Source of the DNA: a virus
Length of the DNA stretch: 64,000 bases
Strand: one strand, 5' to 3'
Virus record (IMG/VR): IMGVR_UViG_3300028025_003409
Span: 1 to 64,000 of that record
Shown: in pieces, positions 10,001 to 21,000 of the stretch
How positions within the stretch are numbered: position 1 is the first letter of the stretch
Layout of the letters: each line of letters opens with the position of its first letter
Notes under the pieces: generated by a model
Databases searched by the model: none
What the model was told of the DNA's origin: nothing
What the model saw: the letters and a program-made list of their open reading frames with translations, nothing else
Translations under genes and position numbers: made by a program

Positions 10001-11394
10001 TTTCTAGAAAGATAATTTCTAATTATACTGTTTGGATTTATCTCAGAAAAAGAATCATCATAGTCAAATATCTTAATCTTTCCTGTAGATGCCAGAAGTT
10101 GTCCTACGGGTAATCCGCTAATGCCCAGATCTGATGCACTCTTTGTAACTGAGAAATCCATTACCATATTAGTAATGTTTGATGCAAGTCTAGGAGATAT
10201 TTCAATTAGGTCAAAGGTTGTGTCTACTTTTGTCATGGTATCTACAACAATTCTGATACCACGAACATTTTCAAATTCACGGAACTTCTTAACACCTTCT
10301 GATGCAGAATTATAAAAACTTGGGTTGGTAAAGTCTGTAACAAAATTTGTCAGCCTTGATGTTTCCTCTTCTGCAAGTTGCCATCCATAGGTTGGAACAA
10401 ATGTTTCGTATATCCCATCATTCCAAATATAGAACCTTCCAATTTCATTTTCATTCTCAATAAGAAGATAGGCATATCCATCAATATTTTTATCTGGAAG
10501 AACAACTGTAGATGATATTGTCTCAGCAAAAGAAAATATCTTTTTGTATTTATCTGGCACCTTTAGACCATACATTAATTCTACATAACCGTCAGAACCA
10601 ATGATCGGAGTTCCATCTGGCCTTGTAGAGTTTGCATTAAAAGAAATTGTGTCTACCCAGTTATTATTTTTTAATGTTTGAATCTTCCACTTCTTGGGAG
10701 TTGCTTTATTTGAATCACCGTAAAATGGGTCTAAGAATGTTTTGCCATCCCAAGTAAATGAGCCTAGGTTTACATCTCCCGTATGTGTTTGCATCTTAAT
10801 AACAATTCTATTGGTTGGAATATCTTTTTTATAAACCACAAATGGAACTGTATCTTCTATAGAGTTTTGACTATTAACTAGTTTGTTTGCAACTCCATAC
10901 TCTATGCTATCTTCTTTTCTGTAGGATGTCCAATACTTAAATGGATCTTTTCTATCCGCCATGTAATATCTTGGTCTGTTAGCCATCGTCACATTTGCGT
11001 GATGAGTATAGGACTTTCCAATAAATCGTGCTTTATTGATTCCAGACCTTGGTCTAAATTGCTTGAAACAATCTTCTAAAGAATATATAGTATTAAATTT
11101 TTCTTTCTTTGTTAAGATAGTTGTTGGAATGTTCTCATTCTCTTCATCTAGCCCACCATCAATTTTTACATCTGAGTCAGTTGCCCCTGTGTAATATTGA
11201 CCATCATCATTCATATCAAATGTGTTTGGTAGTAAAAAGAACTTTGATTCTGGCTGTGTGGGTCTGTATCTATAGTTTCCAATTTTTTCTATGTTCTCAG
11301 GTATGTTCATATTCCATTCAGCAATCACTGCAGAACGGCTTCTGATTGTTTGAGACTCTTCTAGGTGTTTCTGGAGTTCTTCATTTTTGAACAT
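7057..11394 (-). CDS. large minor tail / tail-tip hub protein
   Basis: 1445 aa, second gene after the tape measure; C-terminal PTVQLGDIVKV hub-like motif. Confidence 0.7.
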   Translation of the reverse strand: MFKNEELQKHLEESQTIRSRSAVIAEWNMNIPENIEKIGNYRYRPTQPESKFFLLPNTFDMNDDGQYYTGATDSDVKIDGGLDEENENIPTTILTKKEKFNTIYSLEDCFKQFRPRSGINKARFIGKSYTHHANVTMANRPRYYMADRKDPFKYWTSYRKEDSIEYGVANKLVNSQNSIEDTVPFVVYKKDIPTNRIVIKMQTHTGDVNLGSFTWDGKTFLDPFYGDSNKATPKKWKIQTLKNNNWVDTISFNANSTRPDGTPIIGSDGYVELMYGLKVPDKYKKIFSFAETISSTVVLPDKNIDGYAYLLIENENEIGRFYIWNDGIYETFVPTYGWQLAEEETSRLTNFVTDFTNPSFYNSASEGVKKFREFENVRGIRIVVDTMTKVDTTFDLIEISPRLASNITNMVMDFSVTKSASDLGISGLPVGQLLASTGKIKIFDYDDSFSEINPNSIIRNYLSRNIQFKFYDIVVDLGGYDYYIPIKTMYSESSPEVSNSDKIADISLRDMFFHLESSIAPEMLLTNVSTSSAISLLLDSTGFSNYTFKRIPGEKEMTIPYFFIPPDTSVAEVLEDIAISTQTAMFFDEYNNFITMSKNYIMPSLTERETDITLYGTKDQTKSGIVNNFHTNNKLANIIEFTTNDTKPYNDGKITYTSRSIQRSIASTSQAMLIDNDRTYIYKPVLLWEVTGEDNLKSSNGQVGNQSNYLLSAIPLNSNLSASVPTVVNNVLQNNTMNFGEAVYWLSRYNGYFYAGGEIVKYDAIEYSVAGVGNVWITDVQEYSSYLSKVPFNGKMYPTGSVRIYAEPNYEEVSGVLRLKNGAVAKHGRGQFGTPVVAHSAGLSPYWSDNANLRGVTMKSDVLFNSSASELPTSAAGLSQGAAGLTAFVNLGTPPVETPLTSNELAKKTTRNGIIRNFLASTYLDQSTTNTLQSTQAGAVQSSALVVSGPVLTTYPTANQFVSYVYKKLSNKFTHFGTRVRIVGKIENNTDSGQSAVGNSTYYVIPGDDPSKSISIAGGGGGMAVLINPETNNGYYFEIAALGSSGLTNKENSNVNNVFFYKILKDNLNNAVPVKLWEGLTSITVDDGNFVGQYRVAAEENPTVYDLSVEYQDIGSIRRFFLYINNTLIKTVDDISPLPIYNNMALFVRGGSRLMFENVFAISNNYSKNTAYALSTPVNSIFDDGEITVNESFRKYSMSGIVQSTYLSGIESSDSPSHNIYFEEFGTIMREASLFNVRYDKAWPALYAKMSPTFNSLKGYTVSGFRAGSYGAEFMIFNSTDTALSLSSESGNYLRIQGVTFTQQSEGSLSVDEYFSKVSNLADPNISNGVVITSPLKAKKDYEDIKVSRLTYGNKDFNLNVPYVQTEDDANDLMKWTISKIMKPRRSIGVKVFALPTVQLGDIVKVEYFENGINKGGNNRFIVYSIQYSKSDKGPDMTLYLSEVV

Positions 11395-12050
11395 TATACT
11401 TCTTCCAAAGAAAGAGATACATTCCAGAAATCATGCTTCTGTCCTCTTTTTGCAATTGTATAGTCAAACTTTGAAATATATACTTCTACAATTTCATTGT
11501 ATTGATTTAGGTGTCCATAGGCTGCATTATCACTACCAAAATTATTATACTTGTCGTAGGCTAAGAACATCCAGAATGATCCAGTATGGTTTTCATACCA
11601 GTCAAGAAGTTCTCCTCCGCCTGCCCCGCCATCCACGGTGTACTGCTGCGGTGGTGCTGATGGGGTCCCTGATGGCCCTATAAGCGTACTTTTCCCTGTA
11701 CTGGTGTTAAAGTCTGGCCTCAATGCAAAAGCCCTTGATGGCAGTTCGTCCCATGAAAAATCAAAGTTCATTTTATCAGCAATATGGTATGAACGCATAT
11801 GCCCATTAATCATTCTTTCTCTTTTTTCTATTCGGTTTGGGGTAACCTTAATCTCAGATCTATTGTGGTCTGAAAGAATTAAAAATTCATCTAATATCGA
11901 TGGGTCAATTGTAGACCCTGGGTCTTGACCAATTTCAAAACCATTCGGAACATAAAGACCATTAACAAGAGTGCCAGGATTATTAGAGAATAGAACAGCC
12001 TGTGGACGATTATACTTTCGTCTTCCTGTCATGTATGCTGAAGTAGCCAT
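11394..12050 (-). CDS. distal tail protein-like
   Basis: Directly after the tape measure; RMINGHMRSY and C-terminal WNVSLSLEEV. Confidence 0.65.
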   Translation of the reverse strand: MATSAYMTGRRKYNRPQAVLFSNNPGTLVNGLYVPNGFEIGQDPGSTIDPSILDEFLILSDHNRSEIKVTPNRIEKRERMINGHMRSYHIADKMNFDFSWDELPSRAFALRPDFNTSTGKSTLIGPSGTPSAPPQQYTVDGGAGGGELLDWYENHTGSFWMFLAYDKYNNFGSDNAAYGHLNQYNEIVEVYISKFDYTIAKRGQKHDFWNVSLSLEEV

Positions 12051-15000
12051 TAGATTCTAGTCCCCCTCATTCTTTGTGAGTCTATCTGCTTAATTTGTGC
12101 CATAATGGTCTTGGCAATTTCATTTGGATTTGCATCAGACTTAACATTAACACTTAGGTTATAATTATACACTGAATCTCCTACGCTTGCTCCTGAATTA
12201 ATTGCCTTCATTTTATCTGTGCCGTGGGTATTTACTGCGTATCGACTCATTACAAATTCTCCAGGAGTTAGCATTGCTGGTACAGTATCTGATCCGCCTG
12301 GCCTCATTCCAATCATACCTCCAGAATATTTGTAGACTGGGTCTACAAGTCTTCCGTTAACTACAACACCAGTTCCTGCAACCAGTCTTTGAGTTACTGG
12401 AGGAATGAACATTGATCCAAGATACATACCCGTTCCTGGCTTTGTTCTTGATTTTGGAATTGCTGCTGCTCTTGCCTGCAACTCTGCTAAAAGTTTTCTG
12501 TTATTTGCATTTGCTGCATCAATCTTTGCTTGGGCTGCAGCCTTGGCTGCTGCTGCTGCTTTTGCTTCTGCTGCTGCTCTTGCAGCATCTGCTGAGGCTG
12601 CGGTTGTTGTTGTATTTGAATTACCTGTTCCACTAGTACTATTACCAGTGCTGCCAGTGCTGCCAGTGCTGCCAGTGCTGCCATTTCCAGGCTTAGGGTT
12701 TGGTCCCATTCCAAGCAATGCTCTTTCTTCATCAGTCATTGCTTGTCCAGATGTTAACTTTCTAAGGGCTGCTGCTATGGCTGCATCTCTTGCAGCCTTG
12801 GCTGCGTCTGGATCTGCTCCTGGATCATCTGCCCCTGGATCATCTGCTCCTGCTGGCATAGGGCTATAGACTCTATTAATATATTCAGTTATTTGAATAG
12901 ACTTAGTTTTAATTGCGTCATAGGCTTCTCTTATCTTTTCCCATGAGCCCTTCATCTTTGCAGATTCAGTGCTTGCTGCAGCGATTGCTAGGGCTAAATC
13001 TCCTGCTGCAAGTTTTTGAAGAGCCTCTGCTTCTTTCTTTGTTAACTCCCAATCTTTTCTAGTCTTTTCACCAATTATTCTATTGCTGTCATTTGCCTTA
13101 ATTAGTTTAGCAAGCAAATCACTTTGTGTTTGTAATGGAAGAATTTTGTCTTGAATTGCTTTAAGATCATTTTGTTGATCTAGTAATGTTCCAAAAGTAA
13201 TCTTAGCAATTGCATCTGTCTTAACTTGAATTGCGTCAGTTGCTGCTATCTTAAGTTGTTCTAGAGCATATATTGAATCTTGTATTCCAAGTATTTCTTT
13301 ATCTACCGCAGCCTTTTTAAGTTCAAGGTCATAAGTTTTTTGACTAATATCCCATTGCTCTGCTTCAATTTCTTTCTGAGACTTTCCACTTACTCCTCCA
13401 CGAAGACCCCCTACTTCGTTTTCTCTTGCTTTTTGTAAAGCGTCCTGGGCGCTGGTGGCGTAGTTTGCTGCGTTGGTGGATCGAATATCTTGAACTGCCT
13501 TGGCTGCTGCTGAAATATCTCCCTGAGAAAGCGCATCTGCTAAACCAAGTTGCTGCTGCTGTTGATTGATAATCTGCTGATTTATTTCCGCAACCTTTGT
13601 AAGCGCTTCTTGCTGCTTATCATATTTCTCATTGATTGCTTCTGCAGCCTTATTCATAACCTCTAAGTCATGGGATAGTACAGCAGATCTTTCTTGTAAT
13701 GCCTGGATTGGTCTAGTAAAGTTAAGTTCAGCACTTCTTGTTAACTTTTCAATATCTCTTTGTTTCTTTTCTATTGGTCTAGTAAAGTTTGTTTCAATGG
13801 CCCTTTGGTCTGCATCAACTTCTTTTTGCATCGTATCGATTTGAGATTGAGTTTGATTAATAGCATTTTGTGCAATCTTGGCATCATTATTTAGATCTTC
13901 TATCATTACTTGAAGACCAGCAAAAGTATTTCCTTCTTTATTTTTTAAAGTATTTTCGTCAATCTCTTTGTAAACATCAAGCATTTCAAGTGCAGCATCA
14001 GCAGCCTTAATGTTTTTTTCTTCCTTTGTTTGAGTAAATACAATTTCAATAATTTTTCTTTCTGGTATTTCATTAATCTGTGAAAGCAAATGGTTAAACT
14101 CATCCTGGGCATCTTTTGCAAGAGTACTAAAGTTGTCCATACCATTAATTAATGTATCTAGCATTTCTGGGTCAGATATTGCTGCACGAATTGCTTCTGC
14201 GCTCATGCCACCTTGTTGCATCATTGCTACAACTTCTGGAATTCTCTTTTGATTTGCTGTAATCTTTTGCAAATCCTTTTGTCCTGCAACGGCCCCATTA
14301 ATCTGGTTTCTAATTCTTTGTTGTTTTGTAAGGGCAGCATTTGTTTCTAGTTCTTGCTTTGTTACCTTGCCTGTGGCAATAAGAGTTTTATAGTTTTCAT
14401 CTGCAAGCATTGTCTTAATATCTACTTCATCAAATCCAAGGGCAAGGAGTTTTCCTCTTGCTGCAATTTCTTGTTTAGCAAGAGTAACAGACTTAAGTTG
14501 CTCCTTATTGTAATCTCCAATAATAGCCTTCTTGTATCCCTGCTCCATATCCCTACCAGTTTGAGTAAGGACAGTGTCTCCTGCCTTAAACTTTTGATAC
14601 TTGGTAACCATCTTTCCAGTTTCGGGATCTACCTGAGTGTATTTTTGCTTACCCTTTTTCTTTTTTACATCCGCAGCAGTTGCTGTATAAGCAAACTTCT
14701 TTAGTTCTTTTGTATCAAGGCCTGAAAGATAATCTGTGAATTGGCTAGTCTGGCCCATATTAATTAACTGCTGCTCAAGACCTTTAAACTTGTTTCCAAT
14801 AGCCTTGCTTCCAGTTGCTGCGATGGCCCTTTGTAGTTCTTTTAATCCCCCTGCTGCATCAATTGCAGAGTTACGAACATTTCTAAGACGCTTGTTTAGT
14901 TCATCATATGTTGCGTCTCTTTCTTTTTTAGTTCCATCGCCATCACCTGTTCCATCATTAACAACTATTGGGTCTGGAACTACTCGTGGAAGAAGGTCTA

Positions 15001-18000
15001 CTGATCTTTGTCCTGAAGTTTTAAGGCCATAAAGTCTTTCAAATTCTGCTTTTGCAGCAATATATTCTTTTGATCGACTATCCAACATTCTTGTATCTTC
15101 ACTAGTCATAAGTTGTAGATTAACCCAGGCATCTCTTTGTGCTTTAAGTTGATCGTCTGTTATAGTATTTTGTTGTGCATAGGTTATAACTAAATCTTGT
15201 ACATATTCTATTTGCGATTCTCTTGACATTTTAACAAATTCTGCCATTGCAACGGGATCGTTTCTTAGCGCATCAAATGCATTCTTTGATGCAGAGTCGG
15301 CCTTGCTTGCCCTATCCAAAACATCATTTGCTGATTCTTCCTCAGTCTTTGGCTTCTTTTTATCTTTTTTGTCTTGTTTGTCTTGCTTTTCTATATCTGC
15401 TTTAATTCCTTCAATAGCCTCAACTCTTCTTGCTATTTCTTCTAGTACTGGTCCACCACCCTTTAATAAAAGTTCCATATCAATTGACAGACCGTCTAGA
15501 GACTTAATGTTTGAAATAGTCTCCATAATAGCATCAAACTTTGCTGGGTCTTTTTTATTTAAAACAACATAGCGAACAAGATCTGCACCTAGATCTTTGT
15601 CTTTAAACTGTGTAAACATATTAAATAACTCTTTTGTTTTTCCAGTTCCATGTTCTTTAATTGACAAAGTTAAAACTTGAGTTAATTCTCCAAGCCTTGA
15701 TCCAAATAGATCAAGCATTGAGTTTGCCTCATCTGGTGAAAGAACTTTTCCTCCAACAAGAAGTTCCATGGTTGCTTGTAGTTCTTGCGCTTGGAATTGT
15801 CCTTCAAGGCCATTTGATTTAAATAAGCCAGTTTCTTTATCGGTAGATCCAAGATCACCAAATGCTTCTGTTCTATTTAAGAAATCTTCTGAAGCCTTTT
15901 CTTGTCCTGTTCCTTTGTATGCATTCTGAACAACTGCTCTTGATGAATCAAAAAATGCATCTTCTTTTTCTGCTCCAGTACCAAATGAAAGGCTACTATA
16001 GTTTTTCTTAAAGTCTGCTTGTGCTGCAAATATTTCATTAACTATAGCATTGTTCATTACCTCTGTATCTACTTTTTCCTTATCCTTTAGTATGCCAAGT
16101 TGAGTTTGTAGTTTTAATTTTTTCTCTAGGTTTGTAGTAGATGCTATCTCTGCTTCTAGTTTTTTCTTTTGTGTTTCGTACTCTATAGCAACTTGATCTG
16201 CCAGCATACTTGCCATTTCAACATTGTTTATGTTGTATGCTGCTAGAGCAGCAATATCTTTTCTTCTTTGGGTAAAAGATGTGTCCTTTGATTCAGCGCT
16301 CTTGCTTGCTTTCATGCTTCTGTTTCTTGCATTTGCCAACAATAAAAGCCTTGCCTTTACTGGTTCTTTTTTAAGATTTTCTCCATTTGGACCAATCATG
16401 GTTTTCATTTGTCCAATTACTTGGACTCCAACACTTTGCTTGCCTAGTGAAATTCCTAGGGCTTGAGCAATGCTGTCTGCTTGATCTCCAGTCAATACAC
16501 CATCTGCCACTTGTGTTGCTAACTTTAGCGCAAGATCATCAACGGCTTTTTGATCACCAAACTTTTCAATATTTTCTTTAAATGTTTTCTTTGCTTCTTT
16601 TCCAAGATCTGAAGACATAAACTTTTTACCAAATGTGCTTGGTGTTTTATATGACTCATTATATTTGTTATACTGAGATCCCTGTCTTCTCCTGTCCATA
16701 ATCTGAGAGGCACCAACTTTTCCAGTTAGTTCTCCCATCTTCTTCATGCTTTCTCTTGTAGCCGATGTTTGAATTGCAAACTTTCCTGCAGCCTTAGCCA
16801 TATCACCAAAGTGCTTATTAAGCATGTATGCTCCAGCGCCTACTGCCATGATTCCTGCTGCTGCCCAACCAACTGGACCCATACCTGCAAGCATTGGAGC
16901 AAATTGTGCTACCGTAGTTGCTGTACCCAGTGCTGCTGTTACCTGTGGTGGTGCTCCTAGGGCTCCTGCTGCCATCGTTGCAACTCCAAGAGCGCCAGTT
17001 GCTTTACCAGAATACTTTGAAACCTTTTCTCTACGCATACCACGCTTCTTCTTTTTAATCTGTTTCTCAGTCATGGTTGTTGGTTGCTTCTTACCGTTTT
17101 CATCTAACTCTGGATCAAATAGTAAGTGCCCATTCTTGTCCATTGTATACCCTGGGTTTTCTGCTGTTCCATCACCGTATGCTTCAGCAAGTGCTTGTTT
17201 TTCGGTATATCTCTTCTTACCTGTTTGGCTAAGATCGCTACCTGCTGCAAGAGCAGAATTTTGTTTTGCAAGGTTACTATTTAGTTGCTCTCTTAAAAAC
17301 TTTTCTTGTTCTTGTAGTTCATTTATATCTTCTTGAGACATTGCTGTATCTATTGTAGATCCGTGTATGTCTCCAGTGGCTCCCACAATTGCATCATTTA
17401 GGTTTGCTGTTGTTATTACGTTATCCAAGTTGTCTGTTTGTACTGGAATACCTTCTCCAATTACTGTTGCAAGTTCATCTGTTTTATCTGCAACTAAAAC
17501 AGTTGAGTCTACGGTATCTTCTGTTCCTTCAACAATTCTTCTTAGACCATCGCCTTGTTCTTGAGTACCACTAACAATTTCCTCTTGAACATCATCTTGA
17601 ATCTTTTGAACTTTACCTGGAGTTTTGACATCTTCGTCAGAAATAACAAGAGTCTTTCCTTCAAGTTCTGCTGCTGCAAGTTCTGCATCTGCTGCTTTTA
17701 TTCTTGCTTCTGCTGCTCTAATTTCTGCTTCATCAGCCAATTTTTTAAGGTCTTTCGCATTCTCGGCAGTTTGCATGTTCTTGCCTTTTTCACGGGCAGC
17801 AATTTCTTCCCATTTTGCTGCTTCAGTTCTAATCTTTGCTGCTGCTGCCTCAGCATCTGCTGCTTCTTTTTCTAATTGTTTTGCTTTCTGGCGAGCAGCC
17901 TTTACTGCAGACATATCAGACATAAGTGCCTTAGGATCAACATCTACTGTTAAAGATGTCTCTGTTGATTCACTTGCGGTTGGAACTGAAACCTTCTTAG

Positions 18001-21000
18001 AACCAAACTTATCTCTATAGTGTCTGTCAATAGACTTCTGGATTTGTCTTTGTTCTGGGTCATTCTTTAGAGCATCATACTTTGCCTGATTAGCAGTATC
18101 TACCTTTGGAATTGATGCCTCTGCAAGTTGGTCTGCTTGAGACTTTACTTCTTTTGTTTTTCTTTCAAGACCAATTCTTAGTCCTTCTCCAATATTGACT
18201 CCAAGCCTTTCAGTTCTCTTTGATGGAGACTTTGTTTCTGCAATTGTTTCTGCTTCTGTTAAATCATCTGATACTGTTTCAGAGAATCTTCCCAATCCTT
18301 CTGGTGTTCTTCTTTCTGTACCGCCTGCCTGATATGTCGAACGGCCTTCATCATACTTTGGATTTTCAGCACTATAGGCCACACCCTTAGAGTTCTTTTC
18401 TCCTCTTGCTACAGCATCTGCATTAGCGATATCTCTCTGCTCTTGAGTCATATGTAGTCTAATTCCTGTAACGACCTCTTTTGCCTTTGCAAGAACTTGA
18501 CCAAGTTCAGTATCTATTCCAGCAACTTGAGTACGCACAGTCTGTTCGATAGACTGAAAGTCTGCATCTGTAAATGTTTTTCCTGGATTATTTTGCTTCC
18601 ATTCTTGAACTGCTGATAGTAGACGATCATCATACTCTTTAATTGCTCCAGATAATCTTTCAAAATTTCCACCGCCAATTTTAACTGAGTCTGCCCATTT
18701 TGTAACACCCTTGTCTTGAAAATCTTCAAGAAATGCGTCAACAGTTGAAACTGTTCTACCCTTTTCTCCCTTAAAGTTTTCAATCTCTGGAGCACCGTCA
18801 GCCATGGCTTTATTTACTTGGCCTTGAAGAGAATAACCAAATCCACTAACTGGGGATGCTGTAGGCATTGGAACATTTGTTCCATTCTTTTTATTGCTTG
18901 CATCAATTGCTCTTTGAATATTTAAAAGGTCTGACTGTGTTTTTTCATGTGTGATTGTTACTGTTTTAGAGAGTTGGTCAATTGGTACAGAACTAGATGT
19001 TTCTGCATGTGCAAATTGTGATCCTAGTTGTTGTTTTGCTCTAGGATTATAGAACTCGTGAACACTCGAATCTGGACCAGCAGTTCCTTCTTTTTTAGTT
19101 GCAGCCTTTACTGCAGCAACAGTTAATGTTTTTCCTTTTTCTCTTGCTGCGGTTGCAACAGTGGTAAATATTTCTTTTACGCTTGCTACAAGAGATCTTC
19201 TTATTTCTGCAAGTGATTCTTCACTAGCATCTGTTACTGTTCTTCCTGTTGCTCTTGCATATGCAAGTAGGTTTTCTGAAGAAGTCTTATTAATAAATTC
19301 TAACTGCTTAGCCATTTCATCAGCAACGCCTGGTTGCGATGGAGTAATTCTTGATGTTTGTGTAACAAATGAGTCTTGGTCAGCAGTAAGAGATCTTTTT
19401 CCTTTTATAAATCCTGGAAGATTGTCTCCCATGATTGCTTTCAAAAGTGGAGCATATTTCTTTGAAAGTGCTGTAGGGACAATTGTTTCTCCTGGTGCAA
19501 CTAGTGCAAGGATGCTATCTCCTTCAGATTCGTTACCTGGAACTTTTCCATCTGCAAATTTTGGCAAACCAGATACTGCACCCTTTGGTCCTGGAACAGC
19601 ATTAAACAGTGCTGGTGAACCTGATGCAAGTGCTCTAGCCTGTGATGCTGCATTCTGGTATGCTGCTGCCAAAAGATCTACAGATGTTTTTTCAACATTA
19701 AATGTTGATATTAGGTCTGTGTGTGACACATGGAGTGCGTTAGTCTGTGCAAGATTTTCTGTCTCTGCCTGAGTTAAATAATCAAATCCACCGCCAAGAA
19801 CATTGTTCTGTCCATTAAGTTTGGCAATACCACCACGAAGTTTTGCAAAGAAAGCAATAAGGTTTGCAACACCGTTAGCAACAAGACCAACTGTCATAAG
19901 AACTACTGGGGCAATTCCACCAATAACTCCAACAAATCCAACCACAAACTTTTTTGTTCCATCGCTAAGGTTGTTAAACTTTTCTAGCATCTTTGCAGCA
20001 AACTGAACAACTGGAGTTATTGCTTCTAGAAATGCTTTTCCAATTGGCATAAGTTGTATTTTTAAGTTCTCAAGTTGCTTCTGGAATTTTACGCCAACCG
20101 CATTTTCTACTTTTCCAAGTTCTCGCTCAGATAAGATTGCTAATTCTTCAACTGATGCACCTGCAAGACCAAGCGCTCTAGATGCTTGACTTCCATCTTT
20201 TGAAACATTTTGAAATAGTGTAGATAGACGAGCAAACTGGAACTTACCAAACATCTGCTCAATTGCTCTAGCACGGTTAAGCGGATCTAGTGTATCAAGT
20301 GCTCTTGAAAATCCTATTATGGTTGCCTTTAGATCTCCAGCATTAGCATTAACAATTCCCTTAATATTAATTCCAAGTCCCGCTAAAAATTCACTTGCTT
20401 TCTTTGAAGGGTTGATCATAGAAGCAAGACCAGACTTAAGTGCGTTAGCACCTTCTGATGCGTTGATTCCACCTTCCTTCATTGCTGTCATAAAGAATGC
20501 AAGATCTTCTACAGATCCACCAAGTTGTTTTACAACTGGGCCAGCCTTTGGAATAGCAATTGTCAAATCTTCAATAGATAGAACGGTTTGGTTTTCTACT
20601 GCGTTAAGATAGTTAATCTTTGCTGCAAGTTGATCTGCAGAAATACCAAAAGCATTCTGAAGAGATATAGTCGTTTCAAGTGCTTGCTGTTGTTCTACCT
20701 GACCAAGTACGGCAAGTCTTGTTGCATTTGTAACTTGTGCTTGAAGGTCAGCGCCAGTAAGACCCATTGCTGCAGCCTTGGCTGCCATTTCCATTGTGTC
20801 TTTAGCAGCAATACCAAATTTTGTAAACTCTTTTGCAAGCAACTGAATTTCTGCAACTGCCTTGTCAGTATCTCCAACAGTAGTAGTCATGTCTCCATAA
20901 ACTCTTGTAAATCTTACAGTAGCCTCTTCCATTTCCCTAAAGACCTTGGCTGCTGTTGATCCAAGGATTGAAAGAGGAATGGTTAAACCAACCATCAACT

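Noticed and set aside
12405-20959. Numerous plus-strand and off-frame ORFs within the tape measure gene
   Set aside because: Antisense or alternate-frame shadows with no SD or recognisable motifs
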